A stretch of 64,000 nucleotides of DNA, taken from assembly GCF_033153115.1 (NCBI RefSeq), contig NW_026889759.1:3100001-3164000 (forward strand), in the 5' to 3' direction. This document shows positions 61,394 to 64,000 of this stretch, in pieces; the stretch's first letter is position 1; every line of letters starts with the position of its first letter. A program made the position numbers and the translations under genes. The notes under the pieces are model-generated. The model was not told the origin of the DNA, did no database searches, and worked only from the letters and a program-made list of their open reading frames with translations. Source of the DNA: Saccostrea echinata (taxonomy: Eukaryota).

Positions 61394-62204
61394 CTTCGGA
61401 GTGATTTTGCTGTCCCACCAGTCGTAACATACAATCGAGTCTCACCTTTTTGAAAGTCCCTCAATGTTCGAACTCTCTGGAAGACTAAATGTCTTAATGA
61501 TGAACTGAATTATAATATTAGATGTTCATATGATTTAAATAAACATACAGTGCAATTTCCCTGTCATGTTGATGTCATTAGCAGTGTGGAATGGTTTATA
61601 ATAAGAAGCTCGTATTTGTACCTCATAAAGTACCTTTTTTCATTCATGTCAGACCAGGTTAAGGTGGTATGAGATGTCATATTTAATCGTTTAATATAAA
61701 CTAATCTTGCATAGTTGATGGACAGTTATCTATAAAACAGTGTTCCATCAACGTGTACATATGAAAAGAATATGAATAGAAAAGATACTTTCGATCAATC
61801 CATACAAATTAACTTCAGAATTTATGCAATAGTTTTCTACATGGGATTTGAACTTCAAATTGAATGAAACTTACTAGAAAAAATAATTATCTCGAACTTT
61901 ATTTACTAAATAATAGGTTAGACATATTTAAATACATATATTATTGCATATATAGTATCTTAAATGACCCTTTGTGTGTTAACTGAAATACGAGTGTTGA
62001 TTCTTTTATCAAGCTGTGAAAACACATTAAAATTCTCATAACTCAGTGATGCGGCATGATTTTGTCCTTATAAAAAATGCCACGAAGAAACCTACATTCC
62101 AGAAAATTTAATTATTTGTAAAACTTTTATAATCTCTAATTTTGCAGTGTTTTTTTTTTTCATCCAATCACTGAAAGTCAAGCTTAACTATCATGTATAT
62201 TGCA

Positions 62205-62450
62205 AAACGTAGTTCATATGTATCGGTCACATATACTTAAATTAACAACCTCACCTGAATCGGTCATATTCAAAACGGAGCTCATCTGCATTGGTTAATA
62301 ATTAAGGGAGCTCATCTGCATTGGTCAATAATTAACGTAGCTCATCTGCATTGGTCACATCATCTGCATCGGTCAGTATATGATAAAAACGTAGCCCATC
62401 TGCATCGGTTAATAGTAAACGTATAGCTCATATGCATCGATCACATACTG
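62205..62450. repeat. 30-bp minisatellite (AGCTCATCTGCATTGGTCAATAATTAACGT); second array at 63125-63235
   Basis: About 8 degenerate units here and about 4 at 63125-63235. Confidence 0.8.
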
Positions 62451-63235
62451 CAAGCGTACATCAATTAGTGCACTAAAAAATTTAGCGCAATATTCATCTT
62501 CAACTGAGTAGCGTAATCATGAAATAGCGCGCTAGAATCTAAACAACGGTATGGGTAAGTTTTAATCGTACATTAGCGTGTACATAATAATTTTGCAGAT
62601 GACCAATCATAAGATATGAAAATTTACGAGTTCCATTTTTACTGGGAAAGCAGTTGTCTACGATGTCAAAAAAGCCTGCTCTTTAATTTTTCGTGTGGAA
62701 TAGTTGTATAAAGTGTAGATAAGTCATATGTTTAAATGTTATTAATCTTTGAAAAGTTTTTGAGATTTTGATTTTTCCTTTGCGTATTTTTAGAATCTAC
62801 ATTTGATTTGCACCACTTCTAGCTGCAGAACTGTAGCGTGTTTAGTCTTTGACTACGCTACAGATCCCGTAATGCAAATATGATGCAATTTACGGTGCAA
62901 GATTTTCTGCGCACGGTTGGGGAGAATTTGTCCACTTTCCAGCATTAGTCAATCAACTACCTTTTATTCCCAAATTCTAGACATATTCTTTAATCAACGT
63001 ATATGTTTTATCCACCTACTAACCCTGTATAGTCGTCTCTACAGACCAATAAACTCGCTTATTTTGATTTTTTTCGGATGGCAGAAAATTTTAAAATGAT
63101 AGCTTTTAGGTCGTCATTTTGAACTACAGTAACATCACCAGTAATAAACGAAGCTCATCTACAGCGGTCAGTTATAAAGGTGGCTCATCTACATCTGTCT
63201 AATAATAAACGTAGTTCATCTACATCGGTCAATAA

Positions 63236-63308
63236 GATTGATTGGTTGTTTGTTTGTTGTTTAACGTCCCTCTCGAGAATTTTTCACTCATATGGAGACG
63301 CCACCAAA
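63236..63308 (-). mobile_element. 3' terminal fragment of tRNA-derived SINE
   Basis: GTTTGTTTGTTGTTTAACGTCCCTCTCGAGAATTTTTCACTCATA is nearly the reverse complement of 25056-25104. Confidence 0.75.
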
Positions 63309-63647
63309 TATATACATATGGTTGTGCTATATCAGTGACAAACCCGTATACAATGAATGCACCAAGGTTTTAATCTCAATAACAGACATTGCAAAAATGT
63401 CGAAGTTGGAGAAAACCACAGCACAATATAAACTGACCGTACGCAGACAGGAAAAACTTACTTATTTGTATATATTTTAAGAGCCTTTTTACTTAATTTC
63501 AAATCTGCCATTATTTTCCAACAAAGAAGTTGATGGGGGATTTTCAAGGGGATATACTGTAGTATCATGGTATTTAGATGTTTGCGTGCTCTGTATTGTT
63601 CAGCCATAACTTTTTGTGTTACTTTTTCGGTACTATTTTGTGAACAG

Positions 63648-63923
63648 AGATGGAGCCGCTTTCGAAGTATAACTCAACAACTCTGATACGACACGCAAAC
63701 TCAAAACTTGATCTTCGATGTCGTTCATCCGATAGTTCGGCAGCTGAATTGCAGCTTATGCATTGTATCTCATCGCGTGATTGCAGAAACCTCACAGAAG
63801 TTGAGAGTTTGGGTTCACAGGTGAGGGTGAGATTTCAGTCCTTACAGGCCAATGACAGCGGAACCTACATTTGTTTGGATCATAACACCACAGAAGAAAC
63901 GTACATTATACTGAAAGTAGGAG
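63648..63923 (+). CDS. Immunoglobulin-like domain exon of a gene that continues beyond the window
   Basis: Phase 1-1 exon of 276 nt (aacag|AG ... GGA G|GTATAT). It encodes B-strand LDLRC, F-strand NDSGTYIC and terminal ILKV, a typical one-exon-one-Ig-domain layout. Confidence 0.75.
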
Positions 63924-64000
63924 GTATATGAATAAAAAAAAAACAATGCTTACTTAGAACTTTATTCTAATACCAGTGCATTTCATACTGACATAATGCT

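Noticed and set aside
62205-62450. 30-bp repeats as a CRISPR array
   Set aside because: The units are head-to-tail and degenerate, with no spacers.

Overview
Eukaryotic, AT-rich, intron- and transposon-rich DNA. The repeat families resemble those of an oyster-like bivalve mollusc; this is an inference and the species cannot be named from the sequence. Five complete spliced genes were reconstructed by hand from splice sites and reading-frame phase. (1) POP1 (minus, 7 exons, 870 aa) is head-to-head with (2) RIDA/HRSP12 (plus, 6 exons, 135 aa), as in human. (3) A 53-aa acidic microprotein with an MGCxxSK lipidation motif (minus). (4) PARS2 (minus, 13 coding exons, one GC-AG intron) is head-to-head with (5) CYB5RL (plus). 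A sixth, unrecognised gene of 11 small, mostly phase-0 exons (about 213 aa, minus, 49050-54948) is almost invisible in the ORF track. The window also holds a decayed partial duplicate of CYB5RL and an Ig-domain exon at the right edge. Mobile DNA includes Helentron-type non-autonomous elements with ~170-bp satellite-like arrays, tRNA-derived SINEs, several MITEs with clear TSDs, a Penelope-like remnant, an L1/Tx1-type LINE 3' end inserted in a minisatellite-bearing element, and a 1.74-kb TTAA-flanked transposon packed with RFX X-box palindromes. There are no prokaryotic features or CRISPR arrays. All gene models are manual and need RNA-seq confirmation.
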